Assembly (NCBI GenBank): GCA_030697645.1
Contig: JAUYPI010000008.1
Location: forward strand, 4,301 to 68,300
From: a bacterium
GTDB lineage: Bacteria; Patescibacteriota; Minisyncoccia; Phycocordibacterales; VMGT01
Length of the DNA stretch: 64,000 nt
Direction: 5' to 3'
The translations under genes were made by a program, and so were the position numbers. The notes below the pieces were generated by a model. That model saw only the letters and a list, made by a program, of their open reading frames with translations, ran no database searches and was not told where the DNA came from. Shown here piece after piece: positions 29,320 through 38,099 of this stretch. Within the stretch, counting starts at the first letter, position 1. Each line of letters opens with the position of its first letter.

Positions 29320-29949
29320 GTGGGGGCCATTCCAGAAAACAAAACCGCTCTGCTCAAGAAGCTGTACTACGAAAAGAAATTCAGTGCTCGAAAGATTGCA
29401 GAGTCTTTCGGCGTATCTTTGGATGCCGTATATTACTTTATGCGGCATCATAAGCTTGCGCGGCGTAGTTTTTCTGAGGAGAATAGATTACGATTCCTGC
29501 GCAAACAGCCATCGTTTACTCTTGCGAGGGGACTATCGAAACGAGAAAGACAACTGAAACTCATCGGGGTCATGCTCTATTGGTGTGAGGGGTATAAAAC
29601 GGGCAAGAGCTCTACCGTTGACTTTGTGAATAGTGACCCGTCGATGGTAAAAATCTTTACTGAGTTTTTAAGAACAGTGTGTGGTATCAATGAGAACAAA
29701 CTGCGCGCGTATCTCTATTACTATTCGAACCAAGACGCCCGTGAGCTTATAAAATTTTGGAGCGCAGTGACGCGCATTCCCCCGAGTCAATTCACCAGGC
29801 CATACATGAGAGAAAGCCTTCATGTCACCCCAAAGCACAAAATGCCCCATGGTCTTGTGCATATCCGCTATTGTGATAAGAAATTATTGCTTCAAATCAT
29901 GGAGTGGATTGAGCAGTATAAGATGGCACAAGAGAGTTTGCGTCGGTAG
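29320..29949 (+). CDS. HTH + LAGLIDADG-like (homing-endonuclease-related) protein
   Basis: N-terminal HTH (LYY...SARKIAESFGVS), then GVMLYWCEG and FVNSDP.MVKIF; stop codon lies inside tRNA-Tyr. Confidence 0.65.
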   Translation: MGAIPENKTALLKKLYYEKKFSARKIAESFGVSLDAVYYFMRHHKLARRSFSEENRLRFLRKQPSFTLARGLSKRERQLKLIGVMLYWCEGYKTGKSSTVDFVNSDPSMVKIFTEFLRTVCGINENKLRAYLYYYSNQDARELIKFWSAVTRIPPSQFTRPYMRESLHVTPKHKMPHGLVHIRYCDKKLLLQIMEWIEQYKMAQESLRR

Positions 29950-30027
29950 TCCCGTAGGGGGCGGGAGCGGACTGTAAATCCGTCGTCTTCAATGGCCCCG
30001 TGAGTTCGACTCTCACCCGACGCACCA
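29940..30027 (+). tRNA. tRNA-Tyr (GTA)
   Basis: Acceptor GCGTCGG/CCGACGC, anticodon arm GCGGA-CTGTAAA-TCCGT, long variable arm, T arm GTGAG-TTCGACT-CTCAC, encoded CCA. Confidence 0.92.
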
Positions 30028-30133
30028 CGTAGTGTTAAGGTCGGCTCGAACTACATTTAATTTTGGGGGAAGAAGTTTTTTAATCATATAAGTTGGGGGT
30101 CGAATTAGTTACAAAGAAGACGATTTTAAAACT

Positions 30134-30811
30134 ATGAAGAAATATTTTCCTACATTATTTTTTGGAGCTTACTGGATTTTTCTTGGTGTTTTAATTTCAC
30201 AGAATGTGGGTTGGGATATGCCGGATAGCAGTCCTGGTGCCTTCTTTATAAAACCCCAGGTTAACTTCATTACGAATATAGTTGAGGACCTGCTTCCCGG
30301 GAGAGGCTTCGTACCAGGAAGATTTTATCCAAGCATGTTCGGGTGGCTCATATCGGCAATTTTCCTTACAGGCGCAATGGCATTTGTAAACATCATTGCA
30401 ATAGTTGTATTGCGTTCACCGAAAGAATATAAGCCGACAATAATTAACGCGATATATCTTCTTGTCGGCGCATTTCTTCCTGCGGATATCACTATTTATA
30501 AAATATTGAGAGCCATTCCCTTGCATGCGGGATACGGAGGACAATGGGGAATTCAAGCGTGTGGGGGGTTTGTTTGTTTTCCGCCACCTACTACTGGCGC
30601 TTGGGCAATTATTGGAGCTGTGGCCATAGGGATAGTTTTTGCTCTAAATCATTTCTCTGTTTCCTTAATAAATTCTGGTAGCACGACTCTAGGAAAAATA
30701 ATACGGAGAACTTTAATGTTCCTGCCCGTGTGGATTTTATTAATAGCAATTTTCGTAACTATTTTTCCGCAAATCCATAAACAACCGCTACCACCGTCAA
30801 TCAACTTATAA
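30134..30811 (+). CDS. Hypothetical multi-pass membrane protein (AT-rich)
   Basis: About 5 hydrophobic segments; visibly lower GC than the core genes. Confidence 0.7.
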   Translation: MKKYFPTLFFGAYWIFLGVLISQNVGWDMPDSSPGAFFIKPQVNFITNIVEDLLPGRGFVPGRFYPSMFGWLISAIFLTGAMAFVNIIAIVVLRSPKEYKPTIINAIYLLVGAFLPADITIYKILRAIPLHAGYGGQWGIQACGGFVCFPPPTTGAWAIIGAVAIGIVFALNHFSVSLINSGSTTLGKIIRRTLMFLPVWILLIAIFVTIFPQIHKQPLPPSINL

Positions 30812-31078
30812 AAGGTGAATTCTTTTCACAAAAAAGTTTCTGTATTCAAAATTGTAAAGAACTTTGCCGCCAAAGAAAAACTTGCTTGTCCGCCGTAGCT
30901 CATGATAGCGAAGGCGGGAAATTGTCAGCGGTGCGGCTCCGCCGCTTTTCCGGATTTTCGTCCTCCTTCGCCTTTCGACTTCGGACGGGCAAGCGGGGAG
31001 ACTTCCTCGCCGCCGCAGGCGGCGAAATGCGTTCGAACTATTTTAAGAATGGGCACCAAGCAGTTTTGGTTCGCCTCG

Positions 31079-31816
31079 CTACTGCACCGATGCTTCCGTT
31101 TCGCTTCCCGCCTGCGGCACGTTTTGGAGAATGCTCTCGATGAGAGATCGAATGGAGCTGTAGGGCTGGGCACCTTCGAGGGGGAGCTGGTTACCGGCGA
31201 CGAGTACGACAGTGTGCGGGGTACCCGTGGCGCCGGCGCGCTCGGCATCCGCAACCATCGCCTCGACTTTCTTAGCATATTTGCCGCTCTTGAGGCAGCG
31301 CTCGAATTCGGCACGGTCGAGGCCGATATCTGCAGCGATTGTTGCGAGGAGTGCGGGGTCGAGTTTGTTGTCCGAGGGAGTGATAGTAAAGATGCGGTCG
31401 AGGTAGAGCCAGAATCCGCTGTTTCCCCCGAGCTCCGCCGCGCACTCCGTGGCCTCGGCTTCCTTGGGGGACTTGCTGTGGACCGCCGCGAGCGGAAAGT
31501 GGCGGTACACCCAGGCAACCGCGCCCATCTTCCCGTACTCATCCATGATGCGGTGGAGCGTGGCGTGATAGTTCTTGCAGAACGGGCATTCGGTATCCGA
31601 ATACTCAATGAGAATGATCGGCGCCTGCGGGTTCCCCAGAATATGGTCGTCGCCCGAAATCGGCGCAGCACCCTGCTGCTTTGGTGCTGTGGCGGACTCG
31701 CCGACATTCTCTACCACCGCCGCAGGACGAGAGGCTTTGTTCGAGAAGAAAACCGCGCCGCCGATAAAAACTCCGGCGAGAATAATGGCGGTGGGAATGG
31801 TGAGGGAGCGGGGCAT
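31079..31816 (-). CDS. DsbA-family thioredoxin-fold protein
   Basis: N-terminal TM, EYSDTECPFC, YRHFPL, GTP. Confidence 0.92.
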   Translation of the reverse strand: MPRSLTIPTAIILAGVFIGGAVFFSNKASRPAAVVENVGESATAPKQQGAAPISGDDHILGNPQAPIILIEYSDTECPFCKNYHATLHRIMDEYGKMGAVAWVYRHFPLAAVHSKSPKEAEATECAAELGGNSGFWLYLDRIFTITPSDNKLDPALLATIAADIGLDRAEFERCLKSGKYAKKVEAMVADAERAGATGTPHTVVLVAGNQLPLEGAQPYSSIRSLIESILQNVPQAGSETEASVQ

Positions 31817-31825
31817 GGGAGAACG

Positions 31826-31900
31826 ACATTTGACATGTAACCTTTGACATTTGACGTCGCGTCGCCGGTCGTTCGAAGTCAAATGTCAATGGTCAAATGT
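31826..31900. repeat. Heptamer fold-back element, family C (ACATTTG)n/(CAAATGT)n
   Basis: Inverted arms around GACGTCGCGTCG; related copy at 39763-39839. Confidence 0.88.
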
Positions 31901-31909
31901 TTATAGGCC

Positions 31910-32164
31910 TTATCCCCTCCTCCCCCCCTTTCTCTTCTTCGGCTCCGGCGTCTTGCCGAGTTTCGCCAGGCGTTCGCGCTCAATCTGCCGCGCGATGAGT
32001 GCAAGGCGACTGCGTTTTTTCGTGTGCTGAGACGCGTCTCGTTTATAGTGCTTGAGTGAGCGGGCGCGAGTGAGCACGCCTGACTCTTGGACGCGTTTAG
32101 AGAATCTCCGGAGCGCGGCGACGTTGTTTTCAGTCTCCGTTTTGGTGACTTCGACGTTGATCAT
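31910..32164 (-). CDS. rpsU: 30S ribosomal protein S21
   Basis: E....ALRRFSKRVQESGVL..AR...HY pattern, highly basic. Confidence 0.8.
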   Translation of the reverse strand: MINVEVTKTETENNVAALRRFSKRVQESGVLTRARSLKHYKRDASQHTKKRSRLALIARQIERERLAKLGKTPEPKKRKGGRRG

Positions 32165-32235
32165 GATAGTGAGACTATACCACGGGGATAACCATGATAC
32201 AAACCTATAGCGATGTGCGCAATATCAAGGTGTGC

Positions 32236-32333
32236 AAGCTTTTAGCTTTTAGCTGATAGCTTTTAGCACGACGACGTAGCTTCTAAAAGCTAACAGCTAA
32301 AAGCTCGTCTGATTAAGTTAACAGCTAAAAGCT
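32236..32333. repeat. Heptamer fold-back element, family B
   Basis: Core AGCACGACGACGTAGC at 32265-32280. Confidence 0.9.
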
Positions 32334-32345
32334 GACACGTGCGTT

Positions 32346-33623
32346 TTATCGTACCCGCGCCGTGGTTTTGAAGTACCGTGGCAGGAGCGAGACGGGAATG
32401 GTTTCCTGGGAGCGGGTGGCGGTATTGCGGACGATCGCGGTGCCGTCGAGCGCCTCGCGGTGGCCGATGATCACGGTGTAGGGTATGCTCTCGCGCTCCG
32501 CGCGCACGACCTGCTCCGAGAGCGAGTGGGAGCCGAGCGCCTGAAGCACGGGTATCCGCGCCCGCCGCAGGAGCTCGAGGATGACAAGGCCGCGGCGCAG
32601 CGCGTCCGCTCCGAGCTGGATAAAGAGAATGCGCGGTACGAGCGGTCGCGGGGCCTCGGCGGCACGTTGGCGAGCGTTTTCTGAGGCGATCGTGAGTGAG
32701 AGCGCGACGCCGGAGAGCGCCCCGCGGATTCCCGTGCGCCGGGCGAGTCCCTCGTAGCGGCCGCCGTAGCCGAACGGCTCTTTCTGCCGCGCATCCGCCG
32801 CGCTTGCAGGGCGGAGTTCGAAGATTGTCGCCGCAAAGTTTAGCTTCGGCTCGATGAGCGCTTCGTCGATTGCGTAGGGGATGTCCATCCCCTCAAGATA
32901 CTCGAGCACCTCTTTGAGGTGCCGCCGGTGCGAGTCGTGGAGGTAGCTGATTGATTTCGGGGCGTTTTCGCGCACCTCGCTGCACCGCTCGGTGGTACAG
33001 CGCATGAGCGCGAGCAGGTTCTCGCCGACGCGCGTTCTGCAGCAGGGTGCGAGGGAGCCCGCGTACCGGCGGTAATAGAACGAGAGTTCGTGGAAAAATC
33101 GTCCCGCGGTCTCACGGTCGCCGACGCTGTTTATGTGGATGATGACGCCTCCTTGCTTGAGCTCATCGAGGATGGCCGAGGCGGCGCGAATGAGGAGCGC
33201 TTCGCCGAGCGCGTCTTTCATCCCGAATACTTCGAGCTGTAGCGTGTAGGCGCTTCGGCGGCTCGCCTCGCTCCCGCTTCGGCGAAGCGGGCCCATGCCC
33301 TTTCCGTCCTTCTCGTCGTGGAGGTACCGGTAGAGAAGCGCGGGGGGTGAGACGCTCGTGAGGACGCCGCTTGTGAGACAGGCGATGATAGCGGAAACAT
33401 CCTCTCGACTTCCGGGCGGCGCATGGGGAGGCACCGGGGCGAGCCATCGGCGCTTGTCGGCGCTTCGCACCTCCCGGCGCTCCGCTCTCGCCGCCCGGTA
33501 GCGCTCGTCGAGCGAGACAAAACCATAGTGCTCGGCGATGCCGAGCGCCTGCGCGAGCGGCGCGGGGAGCGCATCATGGCGCGGTCGTGAGACAGGCGCA
33601 TTCATTTTTGATATGGTGTCCAC
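32346..33623 (-). CDS. Histidyl-tRNA synthetase-like protein (degenerate catalytic motifs)
   Basis: INSVGD, GGRYEGL and C-terminal anticodon-binding domain; canonical motif 2 and RGLDYY not recognisable. Confidence 0.75.
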   Translation of the reverse strand: MDTISKMNAPVSRPRHDALPAPLAQALGIAEHYGFVSLDERYRAARAERREVRSADKRRWLAPVPPHAPPGSREDVSAIIACLTSGVLTSVSPPALLYRYLHDEKDGKGMGPLRRSGSEASRRSAYTLQLEVFGMKDALGEALLIRAASAILDELKQGGVIIHINSVGDRETAGRFFHELSFYYRRYAGSLAPCCRTRVGENLLALMRCTTERCSEVRENAPKSISYLHDSHRRHLKEVLEYLEGMDIPYAIDEALIEPKLNFAATIFELRPASAADARQKEPFGYGGRYEGLARRTGIRGALSGVALSLTIASENARQRAAEAPRPLVPRILFIQLGADALRRGLVILELLRRARIPVLQALGSHSLSEQVVRAERESIPYTVIIGHREALDGTAIVRNTATRSQETIPVSLLPRYFKTTARVR

Positions 33624-33668
33624 CCGGTCGATTCCGTTCGCGCTAATCTAGAGTCTAATACCTAAAAC

Positions 33669-34244
33669 CTAATTACCTCGTCCGACATATCCCGGGAAGA
33701 GCGCAATGTTCTGGAGGGGGAAGAGCCTCGCGAGCGCGCGCCCCACGATGAGGTCGCGTGGCAGGGTCCCCCACGAGCGGGAGTCGAAGCTTGCCGAGCG
33801 GTTGTCGCCGAGCACGAAGTAGTCGCTCTCGCCGAGGGTGACGAGAAACGAACCAGCGGTGCCACCCACGAGATAGGGCTCGTCGAGCACGAATCCGCGA
33901 GGCGTGCCCTCGTTTTTCACCGAGAGCGTGCCATCTTGTATCTCAACGGTTTCTCCAGGGAGTCCGATAATGCGCTTAATGAAGAACTGCGTTCGTTTCT
34001 GTGGGAAGCGGAAAACGATGACGTCGCCGCGTTTCGGCTCGCGAAGTCGGTAGCTGATTTCGTCCACGATGAGGTATTCGCCGTGCGCGAACGTCGGATC
34101 CATTGAGGAGCCGCTGACGATAAAGGGTGTGGCGATATAGAGGCGGATCGCAAACACGACGGCCGAGATAATGACGAGAAAGCGGATGAACTCGAAGAAT
34201 GATCGGCTGTTTTTTTGGTTTTGATTTTGTAGAGGAACGTTCAT
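33669..34244 (-). CDS. lepB: Signal peptidase I
   Basis: SGSSMDPT, FIKRIIGLPG, GDNR..S.DSR. Confidence 0.97.
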   Translation of the reverse strand: MNVPLQNQNQKNSRSFFEFIRFLVIISAVVFAIRLYIATPFIVSGSSMDPTFAHGEYLIVDEISYRLREPKRGDVIVFRFPQKRTQFFIKRIIGLPGETVEIQDGTLSVKNEGTPRGFVLDEPYLVGGTAGSFLVTLGESDYFVLGDNRSASFDSRSWGTLPRDLIVGRALARLFPLQNIALFPGYVGRGN

Positions 34245-34363
34245 GGAGGTTGAGGAGAAAAAAGATTACTGCTATTGTAGTCGTATTGACGAGAGAGCGC
34301 AAGAGAAATCGGAGAAAATACTGCAGTACAAAATGAAAACGTAAAAATCAAAAATCAAACTGT

Positions 34364-34469
34364 GTATTTTGTAGCTCGTATTTTGTATCTTGTGTCGAAA
34401 ATGTAACCTCATTCACAGAGTTAGAGTGCGTGCAAAAATACAAGATACAAAATACCAAATACAAGGTAC
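34364..34469. repeat. Heptamer fold-back element, family D
   Basis: GTATTTTGTAGCTCGTATTTTGTATCTTG ... CAAAATACAAGATACAAAATAC. Confidence 0.8.
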
Positions 34470-34491
34470 CTAAAACGTCTAAACTTTTGCT

Positions 34492-35133
34492 ATGTTAACA
34501 ATCAAAGAGGAAGGAAAGAGGAAAGCTACATACCTTGTCGTCGGCCTCGGCAATCCGGGGGTGGAGTACGAGCGCACACGGCACAACGCGGGACGGCGGG
34601 CGCTCGAGGCGCTCCGCGAGCGCGGCGAGTTTGAGCCCTGGCGCGAGGACAGAGGGCTCAAAGCCCTGAAAGCAGGAGGTGCAATTGATGGAGCGCGCGT
34701 GACACTTCTCCTGCCGCAGCAATTTATGAACCGCTCGGGGGCTTCCGTGGCTAGTTTAGTCAAGAGTCCGCGTGCCGCCGAGCGGCTTATTGTGGCGTAC
34801 GACGACCTCGACCTACCACTCGGCGTCGTAAAAATTTCCTTCGGCCGGAGCTCGGGCGGGCACAAAGGGCTTGAGTCCGTGATCCGCGCGATCAAAACGC
34901 GCGATTTTACTCGTGTGCGTATCGGCATTGCGCCTCTCGGAGTGCGCGGCAAGCTCGCGAAGCCCCGCGGCGAGCAGGCGGTGCTCGACTTTCTCCTCGG
35001 GGCGTTCAGTAAGCGCGAAGAGGGAGTGCTTACCAGCTCACTTGCGCGTGCCTGCGATGCGATCATGACTCTCATCACCGATGGCCGCGAAAAGGCGATG
35101 AGCGCTTTTAATAGGGTAGTGGGCGAGCAATAA
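34492..35133 (+). CDS. pth: Peptidyl-tRNA hydrolase
   Basis: VGLGNPG..Y..TRHNAG, FMNRSG, YDDLDLP, GGHKG. Confidence 0.97.
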   Translation: MLTIKEEGKRKATYLVVGLGNPGVEYERTRHNAGRRALEALRERGEFEPWREDRGLKALKAGGAIDGARVTLLLPQQFMNRSGASVASLVKSPRAAERLIVAYDDLDLPLGVVKISFGRSSGGHKGLESVIRAIKTRDFTRVRIGIAPLGVRGKLAKPRGEQAVLDFLLGAFSKREEGVLTSSLARACDAIMTLITDGREKAMSAFNRVVGEQ

Positions 35134-35328
35134 GCAGCATGAAACAAGGCCCACCTTCGCCAGAGGGTACGGCGGACGAGGCAACAGGCAGTAGACAGTA
35201 TGCACGACTTCTTTGCGACGAATTTCAAAGCCGGCGACCCCTCTGGGTCGCCGGCACATCGTTGTCGGTAGTGCGCAGAACACGTTCAACACTCGGTGTT
35301 CAACAGGTGCTCAACGTTTTTCGGCCTC

Positions 35329-35736
35329 TCACTTCAGGACGCCGACCTCGTACACGTCGTCGAGCGGGATGTCCGCGCTCTTGTGCGCATCCCGAACCGC
35401 CGCCTCGGATGGCGCTTCCGTGATACAGTACGCAACGCCTTTCTCTTTGCTGTAGTAGACCTTCTTCGCTTTGAGACCACTCTCGTCGCACGCTTTTTTA
35501 TACGTATTCCATGCCTGCTCTAATTGCTCTCTCCCGGCGCTACCTGTCGAGTGGAGCCCCATAAAGAGCGACATCGCGCAGGCACACTTTGCTTCCGCCT
35601 CGCCGCAGCCGGAGCATTTTGGCATACAATGCTCTCCGCCACACTCATGCTCGGCGTCATGCTCCTCGGCCTCCGCACCGCACATGTCGCATTTGTACCC
35701 CTCCGTTTCTTGGGCACATTTTTCACATTTTTGCAT
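35329..35736 (-). CDS. Cys-rich domain fused to a DUF4242 (SCO4226-like) domain
   Basis: 10 Cys in the first 54 aa, then YCITEAPSEAAVRDAH motif. Confidence 0.7.
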   Translation of the reverse strand: MQKCEKCAQETEGYKCDMCGAEAEEHDAEHECGGEHCMPKCSGCGEAEAKCACAMSLFMGLHSTGSAGREQLEQAWNTYKKACDESGLKAKKVYYSKEKGVAYCITEAPSEAAVRDAHKSADIPLDDVYEVGVLK

Positions 35737-35843
35737 AGGATTTGAAAATGACCGTCTTCTAATGATCGACCTTGCTATACTTATACCATACTCATTGCCT
35801 CGCGCGTGCCCTCCGTTATAGGTCATAAAAAACAGAAAAAGAT

Positions 35844-35881
35844 ATTTGCAATAACTCTGCGACCGCATTGTTATTGCAAAT
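35844..35881. repeat. 38-bp palindrome, copy 2
   Basis: ATTTGCAATAACTCTGCGACCGCATTGTTATTGCAAAT. Confidence 0.9.
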
Positions 35882-35973
35882 TTTCGTTCAGTTCGTTTCT
35901 CGGTGAGTGTGTCGGTTCTCTTTTTGGACAGGCCCGCTTCTCGTTTTTGATATTGGCGTATATACTGCAGCGT

Positions 35974-36855
35974 ATGGACGAGACAAAACAAGGCACCGAC
36001 CGCCTCAAAGAACTTGAGGCTCTGATGCAGGCGAGCGATTTTTGGGCTGACAAGGAGCGAGCGCAGACGCTGATCCGTGAATATCAGGCACTAAAAGATA
36101 CCGCAGCCGGTGTCGGCGTGTATGAGAGCGGCGATGCGATCATGACCATTTTTGCCGGAGCCGGGGGTGACGATGCCGAGGATTTTACGCGTATGCTCTC
36201 GGAAATGTACGGGAAATATATCGTCGCACACGGCTGGAGCACTCGAGAGCTCCACGCGCACTCGAGTGAGTCCGGCGGCTACCGCAATATCACGACGGAG
36301 ATTGCGGGGCGCGGGGCGTATGGGACCCTTAAGCACGAGAGCGGGGTACACCGCCTCGTGCGGATCTCGCCCTTTAATGCGTCAAAGAAACGGCAGACGT
36401 CGTTTGCGCTTGTCGAGGTCGTGCCGAAGTTTGAGAAGGTGGGACCTGTGGATATCGCGGAGAGCGACCTTCGGGTCGAGTTCGCGCGATCAGGGGGCGC
36501 AGGCGGGCAGAATGTGAATAAGCGCGAAACTGCCGTGCGTATCGTGCACCTGCCGACCAATATCGCGGTACATGTGTCCTCCGAGCGCAGCCAGCAGCAG
36601 AACAGGGAGAAGGCACTGGCGCTCCTCCGCGGAAAGCTCTATCATAGGGAAGAGGAGGCGCGACACGCGCGCGAGCGCGGCCTCTCGACTGCCGCGACGA
36701 TCTCTGCCGAATGGGGCAACCAGATCCGCTCATACGTGCTGCACCCGTACCGAATGGTGAAAGACCACCGCACCGGGGTCGAAACAAGCGACATCGAGCG
36801 CGTGCTTGAGCGCGGGGAGATCGATGAGTTCATCGAGGCGGAGAAAAATGTGTAG
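35974..36855 (+). CDS. prfB: Peptide chain release factor 2 (short form)
   Basis: GVHRLVRISPF (SPF), GGQNVNK, WGNQIRSYV. Confidence 0.95.
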   Translation: MDETKQGTDRLKELEALMQASDFWADKERAQTLIREYQALKDTAAGVGVYESGDAIMTIFAGAGGDDAEDFTRMLSEMYGKYIVAHGWSTRELHAHSSESGGYRNITTEIAGRGAYGTLKHESGVHRLVRISPFNASKKRQTSFALVEVVPKFEKVGPVDIAESDLRVEFARSGGAGGQNVNKRETAVRIVHLPTNIAVHVSSERSQQQNREKALALLRGKLYHREEEARHARERGLSTAATISAEWGNQIRSYVLHPYRMVKDHRTGVETSDIERVLERGEIDEFIEAEKNV

Positions 36856-36861
36856 GTGAAT

Positions 36862-37227
36862 ATGAAAAATTTTCTGAAGCCGACGAGGGTGACGTGCTTA
36901 GTAATGACACTGTTCTTCTGTGTAGTTCTTATCGGGCTACTTTTTTCTTCGGGCATTTTGCCGGACATTGGGATGGCGACTACTTTTTTTGTTGGAATTG
37001 CAATCGTCGTATTATTGGTACCGGCCGTGTTGTTCGATCAGGTGGGTATTCCAACATTACATCCCAGCAGTGGGGCTTTTCTTGCACTTCCCAACCCAAC
37101 CGTCCTCGGTTTCGCAGCGAGCATTTTTACAAGCACCGTGATTCTCTATCTGGCCGCAAGTACCGTTTCATTACTTTGGTACAAACTGCGATCGAAATCA
37201 AAACTTCCCGACTCAAAGGCGCGTTGA
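36862..37227 (+). CDS. Hypothetical membrane protein
   Basis: Three hydrophobic segments; MKNFLKP start. Confidence 0.65.
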   Translation: MKNFLKPTRVTCLVMTLFFCVVLIGLLFSSGILPDIGMATTFFVGIAIVVLLVPAVLFDQVGIPTLHPSSGAFLALPNPTVLGFAASIFTSTVILYLAASTVSLLWYKLRSKSKLPDSKAR

Positions 37228-37240
37228 ACTACTGAATTGG

Positions 37241-37305
37241 AAGTGAGTAGTTCGTTGTTGGCAGTTGCGTCAGCATGATTTACTTCGACAAAGTTTCAAA
37301 AATAT
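37241..37305 (+). repeat. 65-bp direct repeat, copy 1 (duplicate of the ftsE 5' region)
   Basis: 62/65 identical to 38035-38099; includes ATG plus codons for [10 protein letters not shown]. Confidence 0.95.
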
Positions 37306-37633
37306 GGATCAAAAATCAGTTGATAAAAAAATTAAGACCATTGTGGATACGATCGTCCGTACGTTTAAGCCGGAGAAGGTTATTCTCTTTGGCTCGTACG
37401 CGTGGGGCGTACCGACCGAAGACAGCGATGTTGATCTGCTGGTTGTGGGAGAATCCGCGAAGCCGCGGCGTGAGCGGGAGCGTGATATAGATAGGTCACT
37501 GGTTCCGCGTACGATGCCGCTCGATATTCTCGCGTATACACCGAAGGAACTTCGTGAGAAAATAGACGACGATCGAAATTTATTTCTCGAAGATATCGTC
37601 AGTAATGGCACCGTGCTTTATGCCGATGACTAA
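37304..37633 (+). CDS. Minimal nucleotidyltransferase (MNT antitoxin-type)
   Basis: LFGSYAWG....DSDVDLLVV (GSx10DxD). Confidence 0.92.
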   Translation: MDQKSVDKKIKTIVDTIVRTFKPEKVILFGSYAWGVPTEDSDVDLLVVGESAKPRRERERDIDRSLVPRTMPLDILAYTPKELREKIDDDRNLFLEDIVSNGTVLYADD

Positions 37634-38009
37634 ATACGTCGTGGATTGGTTTCATCGCGCCGATGAAGATTTACAGATGGTTGATTTGGCGCTGAAAGAG
37701 GACGGTCCCGTCAACCCCGTTTGTTTTCATGCGCAACAAGCCGCAGAGAAATACCTGAAAGGGTTTCTTGCTTTCCACGCCCAGAACGTACGGAAAATAC
37801 ACGATCTCAAGGCGCTGCTCCAGGAGTGTCAAAATGTTGACCCCTCGTTCCGCGAGCTTGATGAAGACACAGCGGTGCTCAACCGATTTTATATGACGTC
37901 TCGATACCCCGACGACACGCCAGAGTTTAGCTCTGCTGAATGCAGAGAGGCATCCGAGGCTGCTGTGCGGATCAAAGAGTTTGTGTTGAAAAAAATGGAT
38001 GACAAGTAG
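37626..38009 (+). CDS. HEPN domain protein
   Basis: CFHAQQAAEKYLK, IHDL, RYP; overlaps the MNT stop. Confidence 0.92.
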   Translation: MTKYVVDWFHRADEDLQMVDLALKEDGPVNPVCFHAQQAAEKYLKGFLAFHAQNVRKIHDLKALLQECQNVDPSFRELDEDTAVLNRFYMTSRYPDDTPEFSSAECREASEAAVRIKEFVLKKMDDK

Positions 38010-38034
38010 ACGAGGGTCGGAAGTTCGTCATTGA

Positions 38035-38099
38035 AAGTGAGTAATTCGTTGTTGGCAGTTGCGTACGCATGATTTACTTCGACAAAGTTTCAAAAATAT
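38035..38099 (+). repeat. 65-bp direct repeat, copy 2 (native ftsE start)
   Basis: See copy 1. Confidence 0.95.
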
